A stretch of DNA of 64,000 bases from a candidate division Zixibacteria bacterium CG_4_9_14_3_um_filter_46_8. GTDB taxonomy: Bacteria; Zixibacteria; MSB-5A5; UM-FILTER-46-8. Below, piece after piece: positions 9,493-19,119 of the stretch (within the stretch, counting starts at the first letter, position 1; every line of letters begins with the position of its first letter). Where the stretch lies: positions 8,896-72,895 of the forward strand of contig PFXJ01000102.1 of the NCBI GenBank assembly GCA_002791595.1, in the 5' to 3' direction. The translations under genes and the position numbers were made by a program. The notes beneath the pieces were generated by a model. It saw only the letters and a list, made by a program, of their open reading frames with translations. It searched no databases and was not told the DNA's origin.

Positions 9493-9681
9493 GTAAAGAA
9501 TATCCAAGAGGGGGGAAATCAGTTCCGCATCGTCATTTGTCAAGATCAATCGCGTGCTCCTGCATCAGCTCTAACTAATTTGTAATCAACAAGTAAGCAA
9601 AATTCTCATAAAGGGGGGAAAACAGGAATTAGGCTTGCTATATGTCTTAAAGATGAGAAACAAGACGCATTTAGTCGTTGG

Positions 9682-10473
9682 ATGCCAAGTATGGATTTAG
9701 TGCCAATTCTGACTCAGAAATTCGAGACTTTTTTAATTATAACAATGCGAGTGGGTGGCATATTTTTTACATCGGCATTCTTTGGAAATCGACTCTTCCC
9801 GATTCGGGCCAAAGCCGCTTTAACGCTCTTTGTCGCAATCTTGATTCTCCCAATTGTTCCATTACCTAAAGAACCTTACAGCGGCAATCTCATTGGGATA
9901 CTCCTAACTTGTGTCAGCGAAATTTCATTTGGGGTCATTATAGGTTTCTCTTCGTTGCTTTTGTTTATCGGGATTCAGATGGCTGGTGAAATCATCGGAT
10001 TCCAGATGGGATTTTCTATCGTAAATGTCATTGATCCTATGTCCCAATCACAAGTCTCTACAATCGCTGAGTTCAAATTCATCATTGCCACCTTAATCTA
10101 CCTGGCCATAAATGGGCATCATTTCCTATTGTCCGGAATCGTACAGAGTTTCCAATTGATCCCGCCTGGGGAAGCTTCTTTGCCTTCAGCGATGGGGGAG
10201 GCGATGACGCGGATGTGCGTGGATGTTTTTGTCATTGCTATGAAGATATCTGCTCCTGCAATGATCACACTTTTCTTGACCAGTGTGGCCTTGGGAATCA
10301 TCGCCAGGACCGTCCCCCAGATGAATGTATTCATTGTGGGTTTCCCTCTGGGAATCGGGGTCGGATTCCTCATCCTGGCGACAGGCATTTCTTATTTCGG
10401 AAATATCTTTGCGAAACTCCTTTCGTCAACCGAACAGAACATCCTCGATCTAATAATGCTGGGAAGGCATTAG
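9682..10473 (+). CDS. fliR: Flagellar export apparatus protein FliR (true start may be the internal Met at MDLVPIL)
   Basis: Polytopic membrane protein with FliR-family conservation; position between fliQ and flhB. Confidence 0.9.
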   Translation: MPSMDLVPILTQKFETFLIITMRVGGIFFTSAFFGNRLFPIRAKAALTLFVAILILPIVPLPKEPYSGNLIGILLTCVSEISFGVIIGFSSLLLFIGIQMAGEIIGFQMGFSIVNVIDPMSQSQVSTIAEFKFIIATLIYLAINGHHFLLSGIVQSFQLIPPGEASLPSAMGEAMTRMCVDVFVIAMKISAPAMITLFLTSVALGIIARTVPQMNVFIVGFPLGIGVGFLILATGISYFGNIFAKLLSSTEQNILDLIMLGRH

Positions 10474-10476
10474 AAG

Positions 10477-11547
10477 ATGGCAGACGACACATCAACGCAG
10501 GACAAAACCGAAGAACCAACGGCTCGACGCATCGATGATGCTCGGAGGAAGGGTCAAGTAGCTCGTTCTCAGGAGCTCTCGTCGGTGGCCATTATCACTA
10601 CCGGTTTTGTCACGATTTTCGTGATGTCATCAACACTTCTGCAACAAATGTCAGGAATCTATATTTCGCATTTTTCCCAATTGGGAAAATTCCCGATAAA
10701 TGTCACCAACTTCTACTATCTTTTCCAGACTTGGGGCCTACAATTTGCCCGGCTAATCGCTCCATTTCTGCTAGTAATGGCAGTCATCGGCTTTTTCGCG
10801 ACCTATTTTCAAGTGGGGCCACTCTTTTCGTTCGAGACGTTGGAGCCTAATCTGGATAAGCTTGATATTGTGAAGGGATTCAAACGAATCATATCGGCCA
10901 AATCTCTCTTCGACCTGTTCCGAGACTCGACCAAGATAATCATTGTCGGAATGGTCGCCTATCTGACTCTAAGAGCAGAAGTTGACAATTATATCCCACT
11001 AATAGACAAGGATCTAGGGCAGATATTGATTTTTGGTTCCAAGCTGACATTTAAACTTGGGCTTCGATGTGCGTTTGCTCTGCTGATATTGGCGATCCTC
11101 GATTTTGCCTATCAGAAATATGTTCACAAGAAAGGCTTGAGGATGAGCAAGCAAGAGATCAAGGAAGAGATGAAGCAGTTCGAGGGCGATCCTATGATAA
11201 AGGCTAAAATTCGCCGTATTCAGCGCGAGCAAGCTATGAAGAGGATGTTCCAGGATGTACAAACTGCTGACGTGGTCGTCACTAATCCCACCGAAATCGC
11301 TGTGGGCCTTAAATACGATTCAGAAAATATGGGAGCTCCGATTGTCGTTGCCAAGGGACAGCGCCTGATCGCCGAGAAGATCAAGGAAATCGCGAAAAGA
11401 TTTTCAATTCCGATTATCGAAGATAGGCCATTGGCTCAAGCTCTTTTCAAGTATGTGGGAATCGGGATGCAGATTCCGGAACATCTCTACAGGGCAGTCG
11501 CCGAGATACTGGCCTACGTCCACAGATTAAAAAACAAGGCAATATAG
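10477..11547 (+). CDS. flhB: Flagellar export switch protein FlhB (autocleavage motif reads NPTE rather than NPTH)
   Basis: N-terminal 4-TM domain plus cytoplasmic domain with VVVTNPTEIAVGLKYD at 11284..11295. Confidence 0.9.
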   Translation: MADDTSTQDKTEEPTARRIDDARRKGQVARSQELSSVAIITTGFVTIFVMSSTLLQQMSGIYISHFSQLGKFPINVTNFYYLFQTWGLQFARLIAPFLLVMAVIGFFATYFQVGPLFSFETLEPNLDKLDIVKGFKRIISAKSLFDLFRDSTKIIIVGMVAYLTLRAEVDNYIPLIDKDLGQILIFGSKLTFKLGLRCAFALLILAILDFAYQKYVHKKGLRMSKQEIKEEMKQFEGDPMIKAKIRRIQREQAMKRMFQDVQTADVVVTNPTEIAVGLKYDSENMGAPIVVAKGQRLIAEKIKEIAKRFSIPIIEDRPLAQALFKYVGIGMQIPEHLYRAVAEILAYVHRLKNKAI

Positions 11548-11555
11548 GAAATTAA

Positions 11556-13631
11556 ATGCCGCCTCAGAAAAAACAGCCCATACTGATGCATATAGCCGCT
11601 AATTCTGATATAGCGCTTGCTGTGGCGGTTATCGCAATATTGGCAGTACTGGTCATTCCCTTGCCGCCATATCTGCTGGACCTGCTGCTGACATTTAACA
11701 TTGCCTTCTCCTTGATTATTCTTTTGGTGACAATGTACATCACTCACCCTCTGGAGCTTTCGGTATTCCCGGGATTGCTGTTGATAATCACTTTATTTCG
11801 ATTATCTCTCAATGTAGCCAGTACCCGCTTGATCTTGGCGGATGTCTATGCCGGCGAGGTGATATCTGCCTTCGGAAACTTCGTGGTTAAGGGTAATTAT
11901 GTTGTCGGATTTGTAATATTCCTGATCTTGGTGATCATTCAATTTGTGGTTATCACAAAAGGCGCTGGTAGAATTGCGGAAGTGGCGGCAAGATTCACAT
12001 TGGATGCGATGCCCGGCAAGCAGATGGCGATAGATGCCGATTTGAATGCTGGATTGATAACCGATAATGAGGCACGGCGCAGAAGAGAAAATATCTCCAG
12101 AGAAGCCGATTTTTACGGGGCAATGGATGGCGCCAGCAAGTTTGTGCGGGGAGACGCGATAGCCGGCATTTTAATCACCTTGATAAACATTGTTGGCGGA
12201 TTGATCATTGGAATTGTCCAATTGGGGTTGGATGCGAGTCAAGCCCTCCAAACTTATACTCTGCTGACCGTCGGAGATGGTTTAGTCACTCAGATCCCGT
12301 CCTTAATCATTTCTACGTCATCAGGAATTATAGTCACGCGGGCCGCCTCCGAAACTAATCTTGGCCAGGATATTACCAAACAATTCTCGGGCTATCCTCG
12401 GGCTATCAAAGTAGCGGCGGTAGTGCTGTTCTTGTTCGGCATCGTCCCGGGCTTGCCGACATTGCCATTCTTCGCGCTGGGGGCGTTGGCTGGATTTATC
12501 GGGATCACCGCTGAGAAATCGAGAAAGTTGGAATCCGAACAGATAAAGAAGACAGAATCACCCCAAGTTGGGCAACCCAAGATAAAACCCGAGGAATTTC
12601 TTAAAGTCGATGCTTTGGAGGTCGAAATAGGATATGGGTTGATCCCTTTGGTTGACAGCGCTCAGGGTGGTGACATTCTGGAACGCATTTCGCTGATAAG
12701 GCGACAATTAGCAACCGATTTGGGGCTAATCGTGCCGCCAATTCGCATCAGAGACAATATCCAATTGGAACCCAATCAGTATCGGATAAAGATCAAAGGC
12801 ATTCCCATATCCAGCTTCGAACTAATGCGCGGGTATCTTTTGGCCATCCCTCAGCCTCAAAACGAGCGCGATGTTGAAGGCATAGACACGGTCGAGCCGG
12901 CCTTTGGCCTCAAAGCAAAATGGGTGGCGGCGGAGAGTATGGAGGCCAGGGGCTTTGAAGGTGTTACTCTCGTCGAACCACCGGCGGTTCTGGCAACACA
13001 TTTAACAGAGGTCATCAAGAATAACGCCTTTGAGCTCTTAAGCCGTCAGGATGTTCAGAATTTGATCGATGTTCTCAAACAGGATTATCCGGCAGTCGTC
13101 GAGGAAGTAATTCCCAGCATTCTATCTATCGGGATAATTCAGAAAGTATTGCAGAACCTTTTGAAAGAAAGAATCCCAATTAAGGACATGCTTACAATTG
13201 TGGAGACTCTGGCAGACTATGGGCCATCATCAAAAGATCCGGAGATTTTGACCGAATATGCTCGGCATTCATTGGCGAGAGCGATTTGCCACCTTTATAA
13301 AGATGATAAAGGAACCATTTATGTCACAACCTGCGAACCGCATCTTGAGCAGTTAATCACAGATAATACCAAGAGCACTCGTCACGGAATAAATGTCATC
13401 CTGCCATCAGAAGTCACGCAAAGAGTGATCGCAAATATGAGGATTGCGGTGGACACTATGATAGCCAACAATCAAAATCCGATCATTCTCTGCTCGCCGA
13501 ATATCAGATTGCCTTTGAGACGGATGACCGAAACAGCGTTGCCTCAGGCGATCATAATTTCCTTTAACGAAATCACCCCTGAGGTTGAAGTATTTTCTGT
13601 AGGAGCGATAGGAATTAACGATGAGAATTAA
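11556..13631 (+). CDS. flhA: Flagellar export gate protein FlhA
   Basis: 691 aa; N-terminal 8-TM domain with FHIPEP signature region (RFTLDAMPGKQMAIDADLNAGLI) and a large cytoplasmic domain. Confidence 0.95.
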   Translation: MPPQKKQPILMHIAANSDIALAVAVIAILAVLVIPLPPYLLDLLLTFNIAFSLIILLVTMYITHPLELSVFPGLLLIITLFRLSLNVASTRLILADVYAGEVISAFGNFVVKGNYVVGFVIFLILVIIQFVVITKGAGRIAEVAARFTLDAMPGKQMAIDADLNAGLITDNEARRRRENISREADFYGAMDGASKFVRGDAIAGILITLINIVGGLIIGIVQLGLDASQALQTYTLLTVGDGLVTQIPSLIISTSSGIIVTRAASETNLGQDITKQFSGYPRAIKVAAVVLFLFGIVPGLPTLPFFALGALAGFIGITAEKSRKLESEQIKKTESPQVGQPKIKPEEFLKVDALEVEIGYGLIPLVDSAQGGDILERISLIRRQLATDLGLIVPPIRIRDNIQLEPNQYRIKIKGIPISSFELMRGYLLAIPQPQNERDVEGIDTVEPAFGLKAKWVAAESMEARGFEGVTLVEPPAVLATHLTEVIKNNAFELLSRQDVQNLIDVLKQDYPAVVEEVIPSILSIGIIQKVLQNLLKERIPIKDMLTIVETLADYGPSSKDPEILTEYARHSLARAICHLYKDDKGTIYVTTCEPHLEQLITDNTKSTRHGINVILPSEVTQRVIANMRIAVDTMIANNQNPIILCSPNIRLPLRRMTETALPQAIIISFNEITPEVEVFSVGAIGINDEN

Positions 13632-14823
13632 GAAATTTACCGCTGAAAGTGTTCCAGAGGCGTTGCGTCTGGTCAAAAAAGACATGGGAAATGATGCGGT
13701 CATCCTCAATACTCGGGAGCTGAGCCGAATGTTTTCCCGGAATGGAGCCCGTTCCGTTGAAGTTACCGCGGCAGTGGATCTACCCGATGCATCCGGCAAG
13801 TCAGCCGAGAAAAAGAAATCGGTAACCATTCAACCCAATCGCCTGACGGGCGTATTGCCTTCCACGGATTCGGGGGCCTCATTGAAAGCCTTAAACACGA
13901 TTGATTCTGCTCCCGTAATTAATCAAGCCAACACTCCTCCTAATTCTCATATCGCTGAGCTTAATAGAGTGCGTGAGATTATTGGTGAAAAGGACTTGAG
14001 AATATCGGCAGAAAAATATCTTGAACTGATGCCGGGTGAAATAGGTAAGCTTTATCGCCTTCTGCCATGGTTGAACCTTCATCCTGATATAATCGACGAT
14101 ATCGCAATGGCTACTATCTCCGGCTCAATACCGGGGACTGTGGACGATTCATGGCAGAACAGATGGGCCAAGTATTTGGCTGGCAAATGCGGTTCCAGCG
14201 AATCGCTGACCAGGTTGATGAAGAAAGAACCTATCGCCTTTACCGGGCTTGCGGGCTGTGGCAGAAGTGCGCTTATAGTCAAGATAGCTCATCGCTACAT
14301 TAATCGGGAAAAGCTGGGGGCCACCATTATCTCGATGGATAATTATAATGTTTCTGGCGGGCACCAGCTTCGCCGCATTGCAAAATTGCTGGGGGTCCGC
14401 TTTCTGGCCACAACCCGAGTCAAGGAATTAAAGCAACATATCTCGAAATTCAATTCCAAGGAGCCAATTCTGCTGGACTTGCCGGCATTGAATGGAACTG
14501 ATGACTCTGAGAAGGAAATCCTTCAGCAACTATCGAATATCCAGCTGGCGCGAGTGCTGGTGGTCAATGCTATGCAGCATTTCAAAATAACTGAAGAAAC
14601 TATCAGCCGGGCCCAACAATATAAATTGACCCATGTGGCATTCACACATTATGGAGAATCAAACGATTCAGGGGCCATCCTTAATACATTATTGAAATCC
14701 AAGTTAAGACCATTGGCAGGGGGATCGGGCCGCAGTCTCACGACAGAGCCCAAGAGTCTTAGCCCAGAGGAGATCAGCGCCGCCTTATTTTCAGGAATGG
14801 GTCAGGAGAAATCTTATGCTTAA
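13621..14823 (+). CDS. flhF: FlhF homolog (SRP-type flagellar placement GTPase family) with a conserved B-domain but degenerate G-domain motifs (likely a pseudo-GTPase)
   Basis: N-terminus MRIKKFTAESVPEALRLVKKDMGNDAVILNTRE is canonical FlhF; P-loop position reads GLAGCGRS (no Lys), DTxR reads DNYN, DTAGR reads DLPAL, TKxD reads THYG. Confidence 0.75.
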   Translation: MRIKKFTAESVPEALRLVKKDMGNDAVILNTRELSRMFSRNGARSVEVTAAVDLPDASGKSAEKKKSVTIQPNRLTGVLPSTDSGASLKALNTIDSAPVINQANTPPNSHIAELNRVREIIGEKDLRISAEKYLELMPGEIGKLYRLLPWLNLHPDIIDDIAMATISGSIPGTVDDSWQNRWAKYLAGKCGSSESLTRLMKKEPIAFTGLAGCGRSALIVKIAHRYINREKLGATIISMDNYNVSGGHQLRRIAKLLGVRFLATTRVKELKQHISKFNSKEPILLDLPALNGTDDSEKEILQQLSNIQLARVLVVNAMQHFKITEETISRAQQYKLTHVAFTHYGESNDSGAILNTLLKSKLRPLAGGSGRSLTTEPKSLSPEEISAALFSGMGQEKSYA

Positions 14824-15652
14824 GCCAATGGCCAGGCCCAATTCTCAAAGCTGCATATTAACGATCTGTTCCGGCAAAGGCGGTGTCGGCAAGACTACGA
14901 TTGCCCGCACCATCGTCAAAATGCTCAAGAAGAGATATCGCATTGCGGTGATCGATGGGGCGCTCGGTCTGGGAGGAATCAGCTCTTTTTATAATATCAA
15001 CCCAGAATCAGATATGAGCTATGAAAGATTCCTAAATAGCGTCCGCCCTCCTTCCGAATTCATCTGCCGTACCGAAAGCATTCGATTGATTCCCTCATTT
15101 TCCAGAGGCACGATTGAGGATTTCGGGCTGGACCGCGAATACGGGCGGATTAAAGACCTTATTGAATTTCTGCGAACCGGCAGCGACCTCATTATCATTG
15201 ACACTGCATCAGGATTGGATCTGGGTCTTTATGAATATATGAGTTTGTCGAATTTTGTTCTGATTATAGTCGCCAATGATCCTCAATCTATTTCCAACGG
15301 CTACGCCATCTCCAAATTGGCATCTTCTATAACTCCGAAACCGACCATCTCATTTTTCTTGAACATGGCGGCGTCCGGCGGAGATTTTCTCGATTTCAAT
15401 ACCAAAATGCTCTTGCTCTCGAGGAAGTTCCTGCAATGCGAGCTTAAGGCGATAGGTTATATGAAATTCGATAGAGTTTTCATGCAATCTCCGGGAGTTA
15501 TGGAACTGGGGTCGATGCTCGGCAATGATAATATGGAAAATATGGTTGAATTCGAGAAAGCCATGGAAGAGCAGCTCGGGTTCATCATTCCCAATAAACC
15601 TATGATTCTAACAACTGGGTCTGGCACTACCGCTCAGATGACAGGGAGGTAA
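14816..15652 (+). CDS. flhG: MinD/ParA-type ATPase FlhG (FleN/YlxH)
   Basis: Deviant Walker A SGKGGVGKTT; Walker B LIIIDTASG; directly after flhF; short N-terminus lacking a DQAxxLR-type motif; good RBS aggaga. Confidence 0.85.
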   Translation: MLKPMARPNSQSCILTICSGKGGVGKTTIARTIVKMLKKRYRIAVIDGALGLGGISSFYNINPESDMSYERFLNSVRPPSEFICRTESIRLIPSFSRGTIEDFGLDREYGRIKDLIEFLRTGSDLIIIDTASGLDLGLYEYMSLSNFVLIIVANDPQSISNGYAISKLASSITPKPTISFFLNMAASGGDFLDFNTKMLLLSRKFLQCELKAIGYMKFDRVFMQSPGVMELGSMLGNDNMENMVEFEKAMEEQLGFIIPNKPMILTTGSGTTAQMTGR

Positions 15653-15712
15653 TAATGAAGGTCCGAGTAAGAATTGGATTTACACATTGCAACCACAGTC
15701 GGGAGGACATAA

Positions 15713-16471
15713 ATGAACAGGGAAACTGCCTGGTCAGAATACAAGAGAACTGAAGATCCGGTATTGAGGCAAAAATTGCTGAATGAATATCTGGGGCTTG
15801 TCAAGAACGTGGCGGGCAGGATGGCGATGGGATTTCCGAAATCGGTGGAGTTGGACGACCTGGTTTCGACCGGAGTCATTGGTCTGATTGAAGCCGCCAA
15901 AAACTTCGACCCCGACCGAGGGGTGAAGTTTGAAACCTTCGCCGTACCTCGCATAAGAGGCGCCATATTGGATGAGCTTCGCGCATTGGATTGGGTGCCA
16001 CGATCTACACGTGCCAAGTCGCGCGTCCTGGATAAAAGCACATCAAAGCTGGAGAATCGCTTGCTTCGTCATCCGAATACCACGGAATTAGCCAAGGAGA
16101 TGGCTGTCTCTCCCGAGGAAGTAGATGCCACGTTGGGCGAAGTATCATCTTGCTCCATTCTCTCGCTGGACGAATTAATCTGTCGGGAAGACGACAATAG
16201 GCAAGTTCCCCGAATTGAAACCATCGAAAATTCACACGCATCCTGTGTTCTTGAGGACATGGAATTACGGGAATTGAAGGAATATGTACTTGATGCCATA
16301 AGTCTGCTTTCGGAGCAAGAGAAACTGGTAGTTGCACTTTATTATTATGAAGAACTCACTCTAAAGGAAATAGGCGCAATTATGCAGATCTCCGAATCGC
16401 GCGTCTCCCAAATCCATACCAAGGCGATCATGCGGCTCAGTGAGATGGTAAAAGAAAATTTCGCAAGCTGA
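15713..16471 (+). CDS. fliA: Flagellar sigma factor FliA (sigma-28/WhiG family)
   Basis: Sigma-70 regions 2, 3 and 4 recognisable (VELDDLVSTGVIGLIEAAKNFDPDRGVKFETFAVPRIRGAILDELR; LTLKEIGAIMQISESRVSQIHTKAIMRL). Confidence 0.9.
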   Translation: MNRETAWSEYKRTEDPVLRQKLLNEYLGLVKNVAGRMAMGFPKSVELDDLVSTGVIGLIEAAKNFDPDRGVKFETFAVPRIRGAILDELRALDWVPRSTRAKSRVLDKSTSKLENRLLRHPNTTELAKEMAVSPEEVDATLGEVSSCSILSLDELICREDDNRQVPRIETIENSHASCVLEDMELRELKEYVLDAISLLSEQEKLVVALYYYEELTLKEIGAIMQISESRVSQIHTKAIMRLSEMVKENFAS

Positions 16472-16495
16472 TTATAATTCGGATTAATCTATATT

Positions 16496-16831
16496 ATGGT
16501 CCAGCCCCTTGATTTGCAAAATGTCTTATCCAAGACCCAAGCCTCGGAAAAGATCGTCAAGCTTGAGAAGTCGCAGCCTAATATTACCCAGCAGCAGACA
16601 GCGGCGGAATTTAAGACCAAGATCGAGCATAAACACAAAACAGTGCAGAACTCCAACAAGGCCGATGAAGTAATAATTCATCGTGATGACGCAAAAAACA
16701 AAAATGGGAAGAATAGAAAGAATGGAAAAAAGGAAACAGCCGATGACCTCAAGTTGGCAGTCGAAGACAATTATGAGCTGTCAGAGGGCGATTCCCCTTC
16801 ACAAAACAAGCATATTGATTTCAGGGCATAA
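16496..16831 (+). CDS. Hypothetical Lys/Asn-rich, probably disordered small protein
   Basis: ORF with no recognisable domain; immediately downstream of fliA; an FlgM-like role cannot be shown from sequence. Confidence 0.3.
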   Translation: MVQPLDLQNVLSKTQASEKIVKLEKSQPNITQQQTAAEFKTKIEHKHKTVQNSNKADEVIIHRDDAKNKNGKNRKNGKKETADDLKLAVEDNYELSEGDSPSQNKHIDFRA

Positions 16832-16855
16832 AGGTAATATTCGAAAGGATCAAAG

Positions 16856-17353
16856 ATGTTACAATCCAGCGATAGTCTATTGGTAGGCCTAATAGGGCTC
16901 AATATCCTAATCACAAGTGGACTGGCAGTAACTGTGATTTATTCATTGCGACGCCAAGGGCAACTGCTTGCTATTAAAGGAAAGGAAATCAGGGAGGGCC
17001 AGAACAATTTTGGAGCGCGTTCCAATTCTGAGCTTTCCGCTCTCAAGAACGTCATCACCTTGCTAAGCAAAAAAGCCACTAAAGAAGCCACAGTTTCCGA
17101 AAACAATTCTCAGGGTGTGAACCACATAAGATCCAATAATAATCGAAGCGAAGCAAAGTTGACAGACAAAGAAAGTGACGGATCCAAAACACCACCAAAA
17201 ATCCGATTCCGTAAATCATATAATAAGGCCATTCCAAAGCGGCAACAAGCCAAGAACAATCGAGGCGCCATTGCGAAGAACCTATCCATAGCTGAAGAGG
17301 AACTCCAAAGTGTGATGACGGTGAAAAGAGAGCACGAAGTAACGGATGCTTGA
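16856..17353 (+). CDS. Hypothetical protein with one N-terminal TM helix and a basic low-complexity tail
   Basis: TM segment LLVGLIGLNILITSGLAVTVIY followed by a polar, K/N-rich region. Confidence 0.3.
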   Translation: MLQSSDSLLVGLIGLNILITSGLAVTVIYSLRRQGQLLAIKGKEIREGQNNFGARSNSELSALKNVITLLSKKATKEATVSENNSQGVNHIRSNNNRSEAKLTDKESDGSKTPPKIRFRKSYNKAIPKRQQAKNNRGAIAKNLSIAEEELQSVMTVKREHEVTDA

Positions 17354-17439
17354 ATCCCGATCGGAAATTAACCGCTTGAGGATTCGGGGACTTCTGCCGA
17401 TAAAAGGAAGAGAAATACAGAATCATAAAGAGAAATGGC

Positions 17440-18606
17440 ATGAAAACTACATCTCTATTTTATTGTAATGTTGTATGCCCGATTTGCAATACGGATAATA
17501 AATTTGAGGTCATCAGAAAGGGGGCGTATTCTGTAAGTGAATTGGATACCGACTTTATGCCTCTGGGAATAAAGTGGACGGATTCACGATTTGAGGGCAT
17601 CAATCCCCTTCTGTATTTCATCGCCACCTGTCCAGTCTGCAGCTACTCAACCGAACTTAATGATAAATTCAAAGAATGGCAAAAGGATAATCATTTTCGT
17701 AATTATAGATTGGGGCCATTGAAGGAAAAGCATCATGAAATCCTGGGAAATGAAAATGGAGTAATCAAGAAGATCGTTGCCGTCTTGGATCCTCGAGCTT
17801 ATCCAAACGAGACTGCCGTCTGCAAATTGATACTGGCGGTTCTTGATGAAAGCTTAGGCGCTCATCCAAGCCATTTGACTCTGGCGAGGTACTATCTGCG
17901 CCTCGGATGGCTTCTTCGTGATTTGAAGTGCGAAAAACCATCCCAAGAGGAGGGCAAGTTAGTCGAGTTAATAAAGATGCTGGAGGACCATCTTCAGCTA
18001 ATTAATAAGGATATCACCAACCTGTGTCAATCAACTAAAGCTCTGGCTTCATTTTACCATCAAAACGCCAATGAGCTTTTCTCCTCATCCCTTAATCAAT
18101 ACTTCGAGCTGCTGAATAATATCTTAGCTTCGACCGCTGATGCCCGTGAGCAAATCTCCCGATTGAAGACTTTGAATATGGGATTGCTCACGGATCGATC
18201 CGAGGGTAAATCGGCCAGGCCTATGTATTTCAAAAGTTATCACGATTTCGGGACCTTTTTGCAGGCCATCCAAAATATTATGCCGAATGCCCCGACTAAT
18301 GAGATCGAATCGCTTAAATTGTCAAAAGATTTTTACAAGCAATCTCTTGATATCGGCCGGGAGCTTAAGGATGGGCCGCAATCTTTCCAGGCATTCTACC
18401 TCATAGGCGAATTAGCTTATCGGATTGGCGATTATAATGAGGCGATAATTTATTTTAATTCCACGATCAATAAGGGGAGAGTTTTTATTAATGATCGAAA
18501 CAATAGTGATTGCGAAATCGCTAAAGTGAAACCAATAGTTGATAGGGCATTATTTCAAGCCAGAAAAGTCATGGAAAAAGAAAAATCCGCACAACCTGTC
18601 GCATAA
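17440..18606 (+). CDS. Zinc-ribbon plus TPR-like protein (DUF2225-like)
   Basis: Two CxxC pairs (CPIC at ~aa 13 and CPVC at ~aa 65) followed by helical TPR-like repeats (ELAYRIGDYNEAIIYFNSTI); stop overlaps the PilZ gene start (ATAATGG). Confidence 0.45.
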   Translation: MKTTSLFYCNVVCPICNTDNKFEVIRKGAYSVSELDTDFMPLGIKWTDSRFEGINPLLYFIATCPVCSYSTELNDKFKEWQKDNHFRNYRLGPLKEKHHEILGNENGVIKKIVAVLDPRAYPNETAVCKLILAVLDESLGAHPSHLTLARYYLRLGWLLRDLKCEKPSQEEGKLVELIKMLEDHLQLINKDITNLCQSTKALASFYHQNANELFSSSLNQYFELLNNILASTADAREQISRLKTLNMGLLTDRSEGKSARPMYFKSYHDFGTFLQAIQNIMPNAPTNEIESLKLSKDFYKQSLDIGRELKDGPQSFQAFYLIGELAYRIGDYNEAIIYFNSTINKGRVFINDRNNSDCEIAKVKPIVDRALFQARKVMEKEKSAQPVA

Positions 18607-19115
18607 TGGGTATTACTATGGCAAAAATTAAAACATCGCCCCCCAAAAAAATGAAGCGAATCCAAACACCTCTGAATGCCAGCCGCAAAAGGCGATTTGT
18701 GCGGCTGGATGTAGCCGCACCATTCGAATTAAATCGATTGAACCTGCCTCCCAAAAAGGGGAGGGATCTGATTGATCCCAGGACACTGCATGGCGTAATA
18801 CTTAATATCTCGGGCAGCGGAGTGTTGTCACTCATTGATATGAAGTTGAAAGTCGATTCCTACGTCGTGATATGTCTAAATCTCAATGGGATAGAGAAGA
18901 TAGAAAATGTTCTGGGCAAAGTCAAAAGAGTTGAGAAACTGGAATATTCAGAATATCTGACCGGAATTGAATTTACTTATCCACAAACCCTCTATTCTGA
19001 ATTTCCATTAGATGGATTGAGAAAGAATGAGGCTTTATTTAGCTTCGATGAGCAAATACAAAGGCTAATTTTAAGATACATTTTTCAAAGGCAAATTACC
19101 AATAAGGCCAATTAA
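18606..19115 (+). CDS. PilZ-domain protein (putative c-di-GMP receptor, YcgR/MotI/DgrA-like small type)
   Basis: RxxxR motif (RKRRFVR) followed ~30 aa later by a D/NxSxxG motif (NISGSGV); translationally coupled to the upstream gene. Confidence 0.6.
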   Translation: MGITMAKIKTSPPKKMKRIQTPLNASRKRRFVRLDVAAPFELNRLNLPPKKGRDLIDPRTLHGVILNISGSGVLSLIDMKLKVDSYVVICLNLNGIEKIENVLGKVKRVEKLEYSEYLTGIEFTYPQTLYSEFPLDGLRKNEALFSFDEQIQRLILRYIFQRQITNKAN

Positions 19116-19119
19116 ACTT

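Noticed and set aside
13407-13829. 140-aa minus-strand ORF spanning the flhA/flhF junction
   Set aside because: Antisense to two strongly supported genes; no recognisable features.
15672-15690. Sigma-54-like TGGATTTACACATTGCA upstream of fliA
   Set aside because: The GG to GC spacing is 11 nt rather than the strict 10, so it does not fit the -24/-12 geometry.
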